Of a DNA stretch of 64,000 bases, positions 20,539 through 30,911 are shown piece after piece; positions within the stretch are counted from its first letter, which is position 1, and each line of letters begins with the position of its first letter. The notes under the pieces were generated by a model that was given only the letters and a program-made list of their open reading frames with translations, was not told the origin of the DNA and made no database searches. The stretch spans positions 75,887 through 139,886 of the forward strand of contig JASFQK010000015.1 in the NCBI GenBank assembly GCA_050115495.1, read 5' to 3'. This DNA is from Phycisphaerae bacterium. Lineage in GTDB: Bacteria > Planctomycetota > Phycisphaerae > UBA1845 > Fen-1342. The translations under genes and the position numbers were made by a program.

Positions 20539-21654
20539 TCACAGCGTGTCCGGTTTGCCGGTCACGGTCAAGCGGGCGAAGTGGTCGACGTTCGGCAGGA
20601 GCGTTGCCGCCCGGCGGAAGACGATTTCGTTGAAGCCGAGGTGACGATAGATGGTGACGGTTCGCTGCGGCCAAGCGGGTTGGGCAGCGATAGCCCGATA
20701 ATGTCGGCCCAGATCGCGTCGAAACCGCAGCATCGCCGGCGGAACCGGGAAGTCCGAGCCGAAGAGCAGCTTCGAGTGCAACGCCTGTTGGCGGGCCAGT
20801 CGGCGAAGGAACGGCACCTTCGGCCAGGCAGCCATGGCGGAGATGTCGGCGTAGAGGGGGGAGTCGGCGAACTCGCCGGCGAGGGCCGCGACGAGGATTC
20901 GGAACCCCTCCCGGTCGCCGAAGGGCATGGCCGGCGTGGCGACGTGGGCGACGATCGCCGTCGGCTCAGCGCCTTCAGCGCGCAGTCGGCGGAGGACGTC
21001 CAGCAGCGCCGGCATCGAGCGGTACGCCGAGTGCTGGGTGGCGAGCGTGAACTCGGGGCCGCAGTGGATCAGCAGCGGCAGGTCGAGATCTGCGCAACGG
21101 CGCAGGAAGGCCAGGCTCCGTGGATCGTGCGGGTTGATGTTCTGGTGAAGGGGCATCCACTTCAGCAGACAGGCGCCGGCGGCGAAGACCTCATCGAGAC
21201 AGGCCAGGGCGTCCGGGCGATACGGGTGCACGGAGGCGCCGAACAGGAATCGCGTCGGGTGCCGGCGGCAGGTGGCGCGGATCAGCGAGTTCGAGACGTA
21301 CATGTCGCTGCCGAGCTGTCGGCGCGTCTCGGGCAGTGGCGGCCGGCGACCGTGGTCGTCGTGATAGGCGTCGAAGGCGAGGAGGACACAGCGCTCGACG
21401 GGACCGTCGGCGAGGAGGTGGCGCTCGAACCATTGCTCCAACTGGCGGTCCAGTTCAGGCCCGGGCCGCAGGCGCATGTCGAAGCCGAGGTAGCGCTGCC
21501 AGAGACGCCAGGTCGGCCGCTGGAGGACGCGCGGGGCGAGGCAGGAGTCGTACGCCGGCACGCCGTCGATCTCGGCCGGCTCGAAGGAGAAGCGATCGTC
21601 GGGCTGAGCAAGGTGGCGGGTGAAGGCGTAATGGCAGTGCAGGTCGATGATCAT
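20539..21654 (-). CDS. Amidohydrolase family protein
   Basis: IDLHCH, SVHPYR, LIHCG, AHVA, LLFGSDFP. Confidence 0.85.
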   Translation of the reverse strand: MIIDLHCHYAFTRHLAQPDDRFSFEPAEIDGVPAYDSCLAPRVLQRPTWRLWQRYLGFDMRLRPGPELDRQLEQWFERHLLADGPVERCVLLAFDAYHDDHGRRPPLPETRRQLGSDMYVSNSLIRATCRRHPTRFLFGASVHPYRPDALACLDEVFAAGACLLKWMPLHQNINPHDPRSLAFLRRCADLDLPLLIHCGPEFTLATQHSAYRSMPALLDVLRRLRAEGAEPTAIVAHVATPAMPFGDREGFRILVAALAGEFADSPLYADISAMAAWPKVPFLRRLARQQALHSKLLFGSDFPVPPAMLRFRRDLGRHYRAIAAQPAWPQRTVTIYRHLGFNEIVFRRAATLLPNVDHFARLTVTGKPDTL

Positions 21655-21665
21655 GGCGCTGAGCG

Positions 21666-22484
21666 TCAGGGCGGCGGTGCATCGTCGGGTGGCCGGTCGG
21701 CGGCCCAGTCGGCAAGGTCGTCGGAGAGATTGAGCGGGGCGGGCCGCCGGGCGCGTAGCGCGCTGATGTCGGTGCGGCCGACGCGGGCGGCGCGACGCAG
21801 CAGTAACACGGTGATGATGAGGCCGGCGACAACCGCGGCGACGAGCCAGCGCCAATCGACGTTGTTCGCGCTGCTCGTGATCGGGGCGGACCGGCTGACC
21901 TCGGTCGGTCCGGGGGCGACGATGAGGGCGGCGAGGCCGGGTCGGCCGGAACGCGTGGGGTATCGCCGCATCTGGACGAAGTAGCCGGTGAAGCGGACGT
22001 CGGCTTCGAGCGGCAGGTCGCTGACGTCGTTCGTGCAGATCACGGTGCAGGCGACGGGCTCGTCGGGGCGGCGTAGTTCGAGCTGCCAGACGGTGCCGAG
22101 GTCGGGCCTGGCGCCGTGCACGTACGAGTCCTTGTTGCGGCCGAGCGTGCCCTCGATGGTGACGGCCTTGCCGCGGAAGTCGGCGGGACGTTCGACGAGC
22201 TGCTGCCAGTCGTCGATGACGATCGGCTCGATGGCGAAGCCGGGCGACCGTGGCGAGCGTTTCACGAATTCGAGGATGGCGTAGTACGCGGGGTTATTGA
22301 AATCGTACGTGTAGTCCTGGACCGAATCGAGCAGCGTCGCGACGGCGGGCGGCAGCTCGGTGGTCGGGGCGGTGCTGGTGGCCGGCTGGGATGTCTGCGC
22401 GAAGGCTGCGGGCGGCGGCGTGCCGGCGCCGCAAAGCGCCGCGAGAACGCCCGCGGCGGTCAGGAGTCGCCGTCTTCGTCCCAT
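21666..22484 (-). CDS. Hypothetical exported protein with C-terminal TM
   Basis: Signal-peptide-like N-terminus, OB-fold-like central part (FRGKAVTIEG), C-terminal TM; in operon. Confidence 0.65.
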   Translation of the reverse strand: MGRRRRLLTAAGVLAALCGAGTPPPAAFAQTSQPATSTAPTTELPPAVATLLDSVQDYTYDFNNPAYYAILEFVKRSPRSPGFAIEPIVIDDWQQLVERPADFRGKAVTIEGTLGRNKDSYVHGARPDLGTVWQLELRRPDEPVACTVICTNDVSDLPLEADVRFTGYFVQMRRYPTRSGRPGLAALIVAPGPTEVSRSAPITSSANNVDWRWLVAAVVAGLIITVLLLRRAARVGRTDISALRARRPAPLNLSDDLADWAADRPPDDAPPP

Positions 22485-23092
22485 GGGTAGCTCGGGGCGG
22501 AGGTTGTGGGAGCGGAAGAGGTCGTCGGCGTCTCGGGTGCGCGGGGCTGGAGGTCGGCGGGCGCGGGCATCATCCGCCAATCGCCGTCCTCGATGAAGAC
22601 CAGGATGCCGACGGCGTTGTGCTGCCGGCGGATGCGGACTTCGCTCTCGGGCTGGAACTCGAGGCGGGCGATCACGAGGTGCACATCGTCGGCGAGGTCC
22701 GCGCGCGGGAGCGGCTCGATCGAGGTGACTTCGAGGCTCTTCAGGGCGTGGAAAATCGCCTGGAAGCGATCGCGGCTGCCCGGGTCGCAGTGGCGGCTGA
22801 CCAACTGCCGGTAGCCGGCGTAGTCGCCCGCGAGGCACGTTTCGAGAAACTGCCGGACGAAGGCGACGACGTCGGGGTATTCGTCGGGCAGCGGGTCCGC
22901 GAAGCGATACTCGGGCTTGATCGGCGGCGGCGGCACGCGGTCGGGGTCGGTTCGGCTCGCGCCGGTCGGCTGCGTGCTCGACGAGGCGCCACGGTCGCAC
23001 CCCGACAGCATCACCGCCGCCGTCAGCAGCACGGGCAGGAACCAGATCCGACAAACGCAGCGCAGCATCGGCAAGACTCCTTCCCGGCTCAT
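22460..23092 (-). CDS. Hypothetical lipoprotein
   Basis: Lipobox LSGC after a hydrophobic stretch. Confidence 0.65.
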   Translation of the reverse strand: MSREGVLPMLRCVCRIWFLPVLLTAAVMLSGCDRGASSSTQPTGASRTDPDRVPPPPIKPEYRFADPLPDEYPDVVAFVRQFLETCLAGDYAGYRQLVSRHCDPGSRDRFQAIFHALKSLEVTSIEPLPRADLADDVHLVIARLEFQPESEVRIRRQHNAVGILVFIEDGDWRMMPAPADLQPRAPETPTTSSAPTTSAPSYPWDEDGDS

Positions 23093-24252
23093 CCCCGGCG
23101 GGCGTAACGGACCGCCTGCTTCAGCCAGGTTACGACCTCGGCGGGTGCCGCGGCGAGGTCTTCGAAATCGAAGAAGGTCACGCCGGCCTCGGTGGCCTGC
23201 GCTACGAAGCGGACGAACTCGCTGGCGGCCAGCGGGTGCAGGGCGCTCAGCGGCAACGCCAGGCCGTGGCGGCCAGAGTGGACGAACCGTTCACGCAGGA
23301 CGTCGACGGCCCGCGGTACGAGCATCGTGGCGACCTCGGCCCGGGCGGCGACCGTCCAGGCGCCGCCAACCGGAGCATCGTCGCCGGTAGCTGTTGGACG
23401 CGGGGCTTCGTCGGGGCGGATCAGGATCATCTCGCGGTCGGCGAATGACTCGGCCAAACCGTCGAGCCAGTGTCGCAGGTCGGCGGCCCGGGCGGCGCGG
23501 AAAGCGGCCACCTCGGGCTCGGAGGCGGCACGACCGGGATGGCGGGCGGCACGCTCCTCCGGGCTGGCGGCGGCGAGAGACTCGGTGCGGGCTCGGACGA
23601 GGCCGGCGATGGCGTCGGCGTCGAGACCGGCCGCGGTGGCGATCTGCCGACACGCCGGGCAGAAGCACAGGCCCAGCCACGGCTCGATGGGGAAGAGACG
23701 ATCAGGCTCGCCACCGTCGTTAGGCGAGCACGGCTCGACGCGGACGCCTTCGATTTCGAGGCCGTCGGGCGCGTAGCGGACGGCGTCGCGGAGGGTGGCC
23801 CGCAGCAGTTCGCGGAAACCGGGCTGGCATGGGCACGGGGCGTAGGACGTGCGCCGTTCGCCCCAGGCGCCGTGCACGGCCAGCTCGGGGGACTGGTCGA
23901 GGATTTGACGGACAGCCGACAGGTGCACGCGCAATATCAGCCGCAGGCCGAGGCGGGCGACCTGGTCGCGCAAGTCGCCGAGGACGTCGCGGGAGGCCAG
24001 CCAGCGGGCGGGTCGGGGACGCAAGCCGGTGGCTTCGTAGAGCGCCGCCTGCGGCGCGAAGTGCCAGCCGCCTTCGGTGTGAAAGTAAGGCGGATTGAAG
24101 CCGCCCGTGATGCCGAAGCCGGTCAGCTCTCCGGTGACGACGGGCACGGTGAGGTGATCGAGGCCGACCTCGCCGTGGACGCGTTCGAGGAGATCGCCCA
24201 CGAGGCGGGGCTGGTTCCAGAGGTAATGGAGAAATCCGAAATCGCCCGCCAT
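23089..24252 (-). CDS. Hypothetical protein, possibly glycoside-hydrolase-like TIM barrel
   Basis: Globular ORF with GLCFCPAC motif, overlapping next gene; start uncertain (24252-24321). Confidence 0.55.
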   Translation of the reverse strand: MAGDFGFLHYLWNQPRLVGDLLERVHGEVGLDHLTVPVVTGELTGFGITGGFNPPYFHTEGGWHFAPQAALYEATGLRPRPARWLASRDVLGDLRDQVARLGLRLILRVHLSAVRQILDQSPELAVHGAWGERRTSYAPCPCQPGFRELLRATLRDAVRYAPDGLEIEGVRVEPCSPNDGGEPDRLFPIEPWLGLCFCPACRQIATAAGLDADAIAGLVRARTESLAAASPEERAARHPGRAASEPEVAAFRAARAADLRHWLDGLAESFADREMILIRPDEAPRPTATGDDAPVGGAWTVAARAEVATMLVPRAVDVLRERFVHSGRHGLALPLSALHPLAASEFVRFVAQATEAGVTFFDFEDLAAAPAEVVTWLKQAVRYARRG

Positions 24253-24367
24253 AGCGCACACGTGTCTTCTACGTCGTCCCGGGCGTACGCCGCCGGGAAG
24301 GGTGAGGGTAGCCGATTCCACGGGGGTCTGCTAGCATGAGTTGCGAGTGTTTTTGGGAGTGGTGCTC

Positions 24368-25966
24368 GTGGCACGCCAGGGCGAAACCGAAGGTTACTAT
24401 CGTCACTGTCCCGGCGAAGAGCAGGTGCGCATTTCGGAAGCGATCTGCCTGGGCCGCCGGCGGGCGAACTACGGGAAGTGTCCGGGCTGTCCGTTCAACG
24501 ATGATGAGCGTGACCAGCCCGCTCACCCGGTTCGACCGGTCAAGCAGGCACAGGCGGCGCTGGCGCTCGAGGCGCAGACGGAGATGAGCGTGATTGACAA
24601 GGTGTTCAAAGCGTACGACGTACGGGCGACGGTGCCCGATATGCTCAACGAGGACGTGGCCTGGCGCATCGGGAACGCCACGGCCCAGTTCCTGCGCTCC
24701 TCGCTGGTCGGCTACGACCGCAGCGACACGAAGATGAACACGCTGATCGTGGGCCGGGACATGCGCAAGCACAGCCCGGCGCTATGCGCAGCGTTCATCC
24801 AGGGCGCGCAGTCGATCGGCACGCAGGTGGTGGACATCGGCATGATCGATACGTCGCAGATCTACTTCGCGACGAACTTCATGCCCTGCTGCGGCGGCGT
24901 GCAGACCACGGCCAGCCACAACCCGGCCAACTACAACGGCTTCAAGATCAGCGGGCCGAAGGGCAAGCCGATCGGGGCCGAGACGGGGCTCAAGGAGATC
25001 CAGCGCATCGCCAAGGCGATCGCCCGCCACCCGGTACGGGACACAGGCAGCGTCCGGCAGATGGATCTGTCCAGCGAGTACCGTGAGTATCTGCACAAGT
25101 TCCTGCGCGAGCCACGACCGTTGAAGGTCGTGATCGATGCCTCGAACGGCATGGCCGGACGGTGGTTCCCGATCCTGTTCGACGGCGTGCCCAACCTGAC
25201 CATCATCCCGTTGAACTTCGAGCACAACGGCGAGTTCGTGCATCCGCCGAATCCGCTGATCCCGGCGAACCTGGAGCAGTTGCGAGCGGCCGTGCGCGAG
25301 CACGGGGCGGACTTCGGGGCCTGCTTCGACGGCGACGCCGACCGCTGCATGTTCGTGGACGAGCATGCCGACATCGTGCGCTGCGACCTGATCACCGCCC
25401 TGCTGGCCGGTGAATACCTGCGGCGAGCGCCCGGCTCGGCGGTCGTGTACGACCTGCGCTCCAGCCGTGTGGTGCCCGACCAGATCAAGAAACTGGGCGG
25501 CATTCCCAAGCGCGAGCGCGTCGGCCACGTCTTCATGAAGCGAACGATGGCGGAGAACAACGCCATCTTCGGCGGCGAGCTGAGCGGGCACTTCTATTTC
25601 CGAGATTTCTTCCATTGCGACTCGGGAATGATGGCCTTCATCGCCGTCGTGAACGTGCTTTCGCGGACGGGCAAGCCGCTGAGTGAGCTGCTGCACCCGT
25701 TGGAGGTCTACGTCGCCAGCGGCGAGCAGAACTTCGAGACGGATGACAAGGACGGCGTGCTCCGCGGGCTGACCGAGAAGTATCACGACGCGGAAATCGA
25801 TCATCTCGACGGGATCACGGTGCAGTACCCAGACTGGTGGTTCAACGTGCGGCCGTCGAACACAGAGCCGCTCTTGCGGCTGAACATGGAGGCCGCCAGC
25901 CAGAGCCTGTTGGAGCACAAGCTGGCCGAGCTGACCCCCCTGCTGGGTCGGGCGGTGAGCCACTAA
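24368..25966 (+). CDS. Phosphomannomutase/phosphoglucomutase with N-terminal Cys-rich extension
   Basis: FKAYDVR, TASHNP, FDGDADR, GGELSGH, RPSNTEP; GTG start after GGGAG. Confidence 0.92.
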   Translation: MARQGETEGYYRHCPGEEQVRISEAICLGRRRANYGKCPGCPFNDDERDQPAHPVRPVKQAQAALALEAQTEMSVIDKVFKAYDVRATVPDMLNEDVAWRIGNATAQFLRSSLVGYDRSDTKMNTLIVGRDMRKHSPALCAAFIQGAQSIGTQVVDIGMIDTSQIYFATNFMPCCGGVQTTASHNPANYNGFKISGPKGKPIGAETGLKEIQRIAKAIARHPVRDTGSVRQMDLSSEYREYLHKFLREPRPLKVVIDASNGMAGRWFPILFDGVPNLTIIPLNFEHNGEFVHPPNPLIPANLEQLRAAVREHGADFGACFDGDADRCMFVDEHADIVRCDLITALLAGEYLRRAPGSAVVYDLRSSRVVPDQIKKLGGIPKRERVGHVFMKRTMAENNAIFGGELSGHFYFRDFFHCDSGMMAFIAVVNVLSRTGKPLSELLHPLEVYVASGEQNFETDDKDGVLRGLTEKYHDAEIDHLDGITVQYPDWWFNVRPSNTEPLLRLNMEAASQSLLEHKLAELTPLLGRAVSH

Positions 25967-27216
25967 TGGCCGCCGCGGTCCCTGCTGACGCCGAGAAGCT
26001 CGTCCACGTGCGGCTGGACAGTGGCGTGGAGTTCGCCGCCGACGTGCTCGACGAGCGGAACACGATGGCGCTGTGCTTCCGCGTGCTGACCGGACTGGTG
26101 GACGAGCCGGAAGAGCTGACGGGCATCAGCGGCATCGTCGAACGGACGCTGTCGAAGGGGACCCGCCAGTACAACGGGCAGGGATTGGCCGACGCGTTTG
26201 ACGCGCTGGGGGCGCAGTGGTCGTCCGCCAGCGGGCGGCAATCGACGCTCGTGCGCGTGCTCTGCCTGCCAGAATTCGTCACCGACGTGGTAACGCTGGT
26301 GGGCGAGATGATCCGCCACCCCACGTTTCCGGACGAGGCCTGTCGCATCGCGGTCGATCTGGCCCGGCAGGAGCGGCGGAACCTGGAGGACGAGCCGGGG
26401 GACCTGGTGCGAATCCTGATCCAGCGGCTGACGCTGGGACCGGTGCTGGGGCGCTATCCCGGCGGCGACGACGAGACGCTGGCCCGCATCACGCCGGAGC
26501 TGATCCGGCAGCATTGGCAGCGCTACTTCCACGCCGGGCGGATCCAGGTGACGGCGGCCGGGCCGGTCGATCCGGAGAAGCTGGCAGCGGCCGTCGATCA
26601 CACATTCGCCGATTTCGGCAGTGCCGAGCCGGCGGGGCGGGAACCGGCGGACTTCACGTTCACGCCGGAGCAGGTGCACCAGGAGAAAAACACCGAGCAG
26701 CAGTACATCGCCATGACCCTCCCGGGAATGCCGCGTGACCACGAGGATTTCCCGATCGAGCAGGTGGTGCTGCACGTGCTGGCCGGGGGGATGAGCAGCC
26801 GGCTGTTCACCGAGGTGCGGGAGAAACAGGGTCTGGTTTACTGGGTCGGAGCCTGGCACGAACAGCCGCGAGGCAAGGGAATCATCCACCTGGGGGCGAG
26901 CACGATGCCGAAGCGCTCGGCCCGGACGCTGGCCACATTGCACCGCGAACTGACCCGGCTGGGCGAGGATCTGAGCGAAGATGAAGTGCGGCGGGCCCGC
27001 GACAGCCTGATCGCCCACCACGAGACGGAAACGGACCTGACCCGGGCCCGGGCGAGCCACCTGAGCGATGATCTGTTCCATTTTTCTCGGCCGATCGGGC
27101 TGGAGCCCAAACTCCGGGCGATCCGCGAGGTGACGGTGGACGCGGCGAAGGCGTTCGTCCAGCGGCTGCCGCGTGACCGGGTCTGCGTGGCGACGCTGGG
27201 GCCGCCGGCGCCGTAG
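25966..27216 (+). CDS. M16 (pitrilysin) family protein, non-catalytic type
   Basis: GGMSSRLFTEVREKQGLVY; HxxEH replaced by GIVER. Confidence 0.85.
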   Translation: MAAAVPADAEKLVHVRLDSGVEFAADVLDERNTMALCFRVLTGLVDEPEELTGISGIVERTLSKGTRQYNGQGLADAFDALGAQWSSASGRQSTLVRVLCLPEFVTDVVTLVGEMIRHPTFPDEACRIAVDLARQERRNLEDEPGDLVRILIQRLTLGPVLGRYPGGDDETLARITPELIRQHWQRYFHAGRIQVTAAGPVDPEKLAAAVDHTFADFGSAEPAGREPADFTFTPEQVHQEKNTEQQYIAMTLPGMPRDHEDFPIEQVVLHVLAGGMSSRLFTEVREKQGLVYWVGAWHEQPRGKGIIHLGASTMPKRSARTLATLHRELTRLGEDLSEDEVRRARDSLIAHHETETDLTRARASHLSDDLFHFSRPIGLEPKLRAIREVTVDAAKAFVQRLPRDRVCVATLGPPAP

Positions 27217-27262
27217 GGTCGGCCGGGAAGGTGCCGGGCCGGCGGCGGCCGGAGTGGCCCAC

Positions 27263-27290
27263 TTGGCACGTTTGGGGGGCATGCTATACT
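27263..27290 (+). promoter_or_regulatory. Sigma70 promoter of the EF-G paralog
   Basis: TTGGCA-16 bp-TATACT with extended -10 TG. Confidence 0.55.
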
Positions 27291-27345
27291 GGGGGTTTCG
27301 CTAGACTGGCGGGGGATCGGGTCCCGCGACTGACGGAGGCCGTGC

Positions 27346-29388
27346 ATGGCTGGATACGAGATCGGCGACATCCGCAATATCACGCTGGTTGGGCACTCCT
27401 CGGCCGGCAAAACCACGCTGGGCGAGGCAATCCTGCTGAAGGGTGGGGTGACCAACCGCCTGGGCAGCGTGGACGACGGCAGCAGCGTGCTCGACCACGA
27501 CGACGAATCACGCGAGCGAAAGCACAGCGTCGATTCGTCCGTGTTCCACGTCACGCACGAGGGCAAGCTGCTCAATATGGTCGACACGCCGGGCATGCCC
27601 GACTACTGCGGAACCGCCATCGCCTCGCTGGCCGGGGTGGATGCGGCGGCGATCGTCGTCTCGGCGGCGGCCGGCATCGGGGTCAACACCCGGCGGATGT
27701 TCAACGCGGCCCGGGACTACGGCCTGGCCCGCGCGGTCATCGTGACGCGGATCGACGCGGAGAACGCGCGGCTCGACGAGCTGCTCGCCGCCATTCGCGA
27801 GACGTTCGGCAACGAGTGCCAGCCGATCAACCTGCCGGCCGACGGCGGCAAGGCCGTCATCGACGTGCTGAAGAACACCGAAGGGGCCAGTGACCTGCTC
27901 GACGTCGGCGAGTGCCACACGGCGCTGGTCGAGGCCATCGTCGAGACGGACGAGGCCCTGATGGAAGCCTATATGGAAGCCGGCACCATCCCCGTCGAGA
28001 AGCTGGGGCCGGCGGTGCAGCAGGCGGTCGCCACGGGGCACCTGATCCCGGTGATGTTCGTCAACGCCGTCGGCGGCGTGGGCGTGAGCGAATTGCTGGA
28101 TGCCCTGGTGACGTACGTGCCGGCGCCGACGCAGGCAACGCCGCGCAAGCTGGTCGTGGGCGAGGGTGAACAGGCCCAGGAAACGCCGATCGTCGCGAAG
28201 CGCGACGGCGACTTCGTGGCCCAGGTGTTCAAGATCACGTCGGATCCGAAGAGCAATATCAAGTACTCGGTGGCCCGCGTGCTGTCCGGGCGGCTGAACC
28301 CGGATGGACAGGTGTTCATCGCCGGCGACCGGCGGGGACAGCGGCCGGGGCACCTGTTCAAGCTGTGCGGCAACCAGCACGACGAGACCGAGGCCGGCGA
28401 AGCGGGCGACGTCGTGGCGTTCAGCAAGCTGGACTTCACAATCGGGACGGTGCTGCTGGGGAAGGCGGGCGAGGGGAACATCCCCATGCCCAAATTCCCG
28501 ACGCCGATGTTCGCCCTGGCCCTCGAGCCGAAGGCGCGGGGCGACGTGGAAAAGGTCAGCGGGGCGATGACGCGCTTCGCGGAAGAGGACCCCTGCTTCC
28601 AGTACCACCGCGACTCCGAGACGAACGAGCTGGTGATGCACGGGCTGGGCGACCAGCACCTGAACGTCATCCGCAGCAAGATGAAGCGGTACTTCAAGCT
28701 CGAGGTCGACACCAAAGCCCCGAAGATCCCCTACCGCGAGACGATCTCCGGCTCGGTCAAGTACGTCGAGTACACGCACAAGAAGCAGACCGGCGGTGCC
28801 GGCCAGTTCGCTCGCGTCTTCATCGACATGGAGCCGAACGAGCGCGGGGCCGGGTATGAGTTCGTCGACAAGATCTTCGGCGGCGTGATCGATCAGGCGT
28901 TCCGGCCGAGCGTCGACAAGGGCGTTCGCGACCAGATGCGCCGCGGCGTCATCGCCGGCTATCCGGTCGTCGACGTCAAGGTGTCGCTGGTGGACGGCAA
29001 GACGCACCCGGTCGACAGCAAGGACATCGCCTTCCAGATCGCCGGGCGTGGCGTGTTCAAGAAGGCCTTCGCGCAGTGCAAGCCGATCCTGCTCGAGCCG
29101 GTCGTGAGCATCGAGATCACGGTGCCGACTGATTACGTGGGCGAGATCACGCGTGACCTGGCCGGCAAGCGTGGTCAGATCGTCGGGCAGGAGGTCCTGC
29201 CGGGCAACCAGATCTGCATCACGGGCACGGTGCCGCTGGCCGAGGTCGCCACGTACAGCTCGCAGCTCAAGAGTGCCACCGGCGGTCAGGGCAGTTACGT
29301 GATGGAGTTCAGCCACTACGACATGGTGCCGCCGAACATCCAGCAGCAGATCGCCGCGGCGTACAAGGCAGAAGACGAGCAGGAATAA
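27346..29388 (+). CDS. Elongation factor G-like protein (EF-G paralog)
   Basis: GHSSAGKTT, DTPG, EEDP, PYRETI, KKQTGGAGQFA, ILLEP; not in a str operon. Confidence 0.92.
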   Translation: MAGYEIGDIRNITLVGHSSAGKTTLGEAILLKGGVTNRLGSVDDGSSVLDHDDESRERKHSVDSSVFHVTHEGKLLNMVDTPGMPDYCGTAIASLAGVDAAAIVVSAAAGIGVNTRRMFNAARDYGLARAVIVTRIDAENARLDELLAAIRETFGNECQPINLPADGGKAVIDVLKNTEGASDLLDVGECHTALVEAIVETDEALMEAYMEAGTIPVEKLGPAVQQAVATGHLIPVMFVNAVGGVGVSELLDALVTYVPAPTQATPRKLVVGEGEQAQETPIVAKRDGDFVAQVFKITSDPKSNIKYSVARVLSGRLNPDGQVFIAGDRRGQRPGHLFKLCGNQHDETEAGEAGDVVAFSKLDFTIGTVLLGKAGEGNIPMPKFPTPMFALALEPKARGDVEKVSGAMTRFAEEDPCFQYHRDSETNELVMHGLGDQHLNVIRSKMKRYFKLEVDTKAPKIPYRETISGSVKYVEYTHKKQTGGAGQFARVFIDMEPNERGAGYEFVDKIFGGVIDQAFRPSVDKGVRDQMRRGVIAGYPVVDVKVSLVDGKTHPVDSKDIAFQIAGRGVFKKAFAQCKPILLEPVVSIEITVPTDYVGEITRDLAGKRGQIVGQEVLPGNQICITGTVPLAEVATYSSQLKSATGGQGSYVMEFSHYDMVPPNIQQQIAAAYKAEDEQE

Positions 29389-29400
29389 CAGGTTCACCGA

Positions 29401-29482
29401 GAAGGGGGACGGGCACCTCGCTGTGTACGGCTGCCGTCGGCGGACGGCGCCCACGGCTCAGAGTCCGTCCCCTTCTTCAACG
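29401..29482. repeat. MITE-like intergenic repeat (copy 2)
   Basis: Reverse complement aligns by eye with 6470-6557. Confidence 0.65.
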
Positions 29483-29527
29483 TGGTCGAGTCGCCCGGTC
29501 TGCGCGCCCGGGGCAAGGGCACCTGCC

Positions 29528-29681
29528 GTAGGGCGGGCTCGGCCCGCCGAACGTTCACAACGCCGAGTCGACGCTGGACGCCGCGGCAGGTGGAATCCGC
29601 CCTACCTCCCTGCCGCTCTGCCTCCCAGTACGAACCATGCGTTTTTGGGAATCGACGTCCGACACGGAGGTCGGACGCTAC
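29528..29681. repeat. GTAG-type REP palindromes
   Basis: GTAGGGCGGGCTCGGCCCGCC (29528), an inverted relative (about 29585-29605) and CGTCCGACACGGAGGTCGGACGCTAC (29656-29681), with relatives at 30809-30834 and 32149-32174. Confidence 0.7.
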
Positions 29682-29695
29682 GGGCCCGCCGGGGC

Positions 29696-30655
29696 TCACG
29701 CGCCTCGCATGAGCTGCATTGAGGCGAAGTCGGCGAGATCGACGTCGCCGTCGGCGGCTGCGTCGGCCAAACCGCAGAGCGGCTCGACGTACAGGGGCGG
29801 ATCACACGCCGCCAGCGGACACGGACCCGTCATGCAGCCGGCGACGAGCTCCAGATCGGCTGCCGTGATCTGCCCGTCGCCGTTCAGGTCGCCGAGAAGA
29901 TCGCATTCATCGAGCGTGCCGTTGCCGTTGAGGTCGGTGCTACGGCCGCTGGCCAGATCGCACGCGTCGTTCACACCGTTGCCGTTGCAGTCGGGGGAAC
30001 CGCAGCTTCCCGGGCCGAGAAACGTCCCCGCGCACTCCGAGCGCCAGGCCTCGACGCAATACGGCGGCTCGTCGAGGCAGCACACGCCGCGATAGTCCAG
30101 CGTGAACGTGTACGTCCACTCGTTGTCGCTGCCGGGGCCCTCGCCGCACAGGTACGACTCGGTCACCCACTGCGGCGAGACCCACAGCCACCAGATGCCC
30201 GGGCCAAGATCGAGCACGAGTTCAAACGGCTCGCAGGCCTCGTACTGCATCCAGGGGTTCATGATACCGGTCATCTCCGAGCAGTCGCCGCTGCCCGGCG
30301 GATCGGTCTCGACCATGCCAATGAAGCCGGCAAACTCCGCCTCACCCTTGGCACGAAGCGTCATCGGTTCAGTCAGGACGAACTGGAGCCAATCCGTGTC
30401 GCGCTCGGAGCCGTTGTACCAGGTCGTGCCGCAGACAGCGTCGCCGGGAGCGATATCGGTGAACCGGATTTCGGGGTCGCAGCAGCAGCCGTTGTTGATT
30501 TGCTCGCCGCAGATTTCACCTTCGGTGTTAACACACTCGACGATGCAAGGCTCTCTGTCCGGCGGGCCGCTGGGCGGGGAACTCGCCAGGAGCGCACCGC
30601 AGGCGCAGAAGGCAACAACAAGCACGAATCCGCGTGATTTCCCGCCGATCGACAT
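29696..30655 (-). CDS. Secreted Cys-rich protein with C-terminal dockerin-like Ca-binding repeats
   Basis: Signal peptide, DCNGNGVNDACD, GDLNGDG, DGDVDLADF; strong RBS GGAGGAGG. Confidence 0.8.
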   Translation of the reverse strand: MSIGGKSRGFVLVVAFCACGALLASSPPSGPPDREPCIVECVNTEGEICGEQINNGCCCDPEIRFTDIAPGDAVCGTTWYNGSERDTDWLQFVLTEPMTLRAKGEAEFAGFIGMVETDPPGSGDCSEMTGIMNPWMQYEACEPFELVLDLGPGIWWLWVSPQWVTESYLCGEGPGSDNEWTYTFTLDYRGVCCLDEPPYCVEAWRSECAGTFLGPGSCGSPDCNGNGVNDACDLASGRSTDLNGNGTLDECDLLGDLNGDGQITAADLELVAGCMTGPCPLAACDPPLYVEPLCGLADAAADGDVDLADFASMQLMRGA

Positions 30656-30725
30656 GACACACCTCCTCCTCGTACGGCGCGTGATGGCCGTCCCCCCGAG
30701 CTGTCTAACGTGACCTTCTGGCACG

Positions 30726-30734
30726 ATTATAGCA
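30726..30734 (-). promoter_or_regulatory. Extended -10 promoter element
   Basis: TGCTATAAT on minus strand about 70 nt upstream of the ATG at 30655. Confidence 0.6.
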
Positions 30735-30911
30735 CTTCGGCCCTGTGAATCGAAACGGCCGGTGCACGCCGGCGCCTCCGACCGTGTGCCAAGGGCGGAG
30801 CGCTCGCCGTAGCGTCGGCCCCCCGTGGCCGACGTCGAACGCCGAACGATCATAACCTTGCCAATCGAACCACGAACGCTCGGCCGCGCGTAGCGTTGAC
30901 CGCGCCGCCGC

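Noticed and set aside
27508..29454. 648-aa minus-strand ORF
   Set aside because: Antisense shadow of the EF-G paralog, typical of high-GC DNA
30719..30734. Plus-strand sigma54-like TGGCAC-N5-TAGC
   Set aside because: Points into repeats; better explained as the reverse-strand TGCTATAAT promoter
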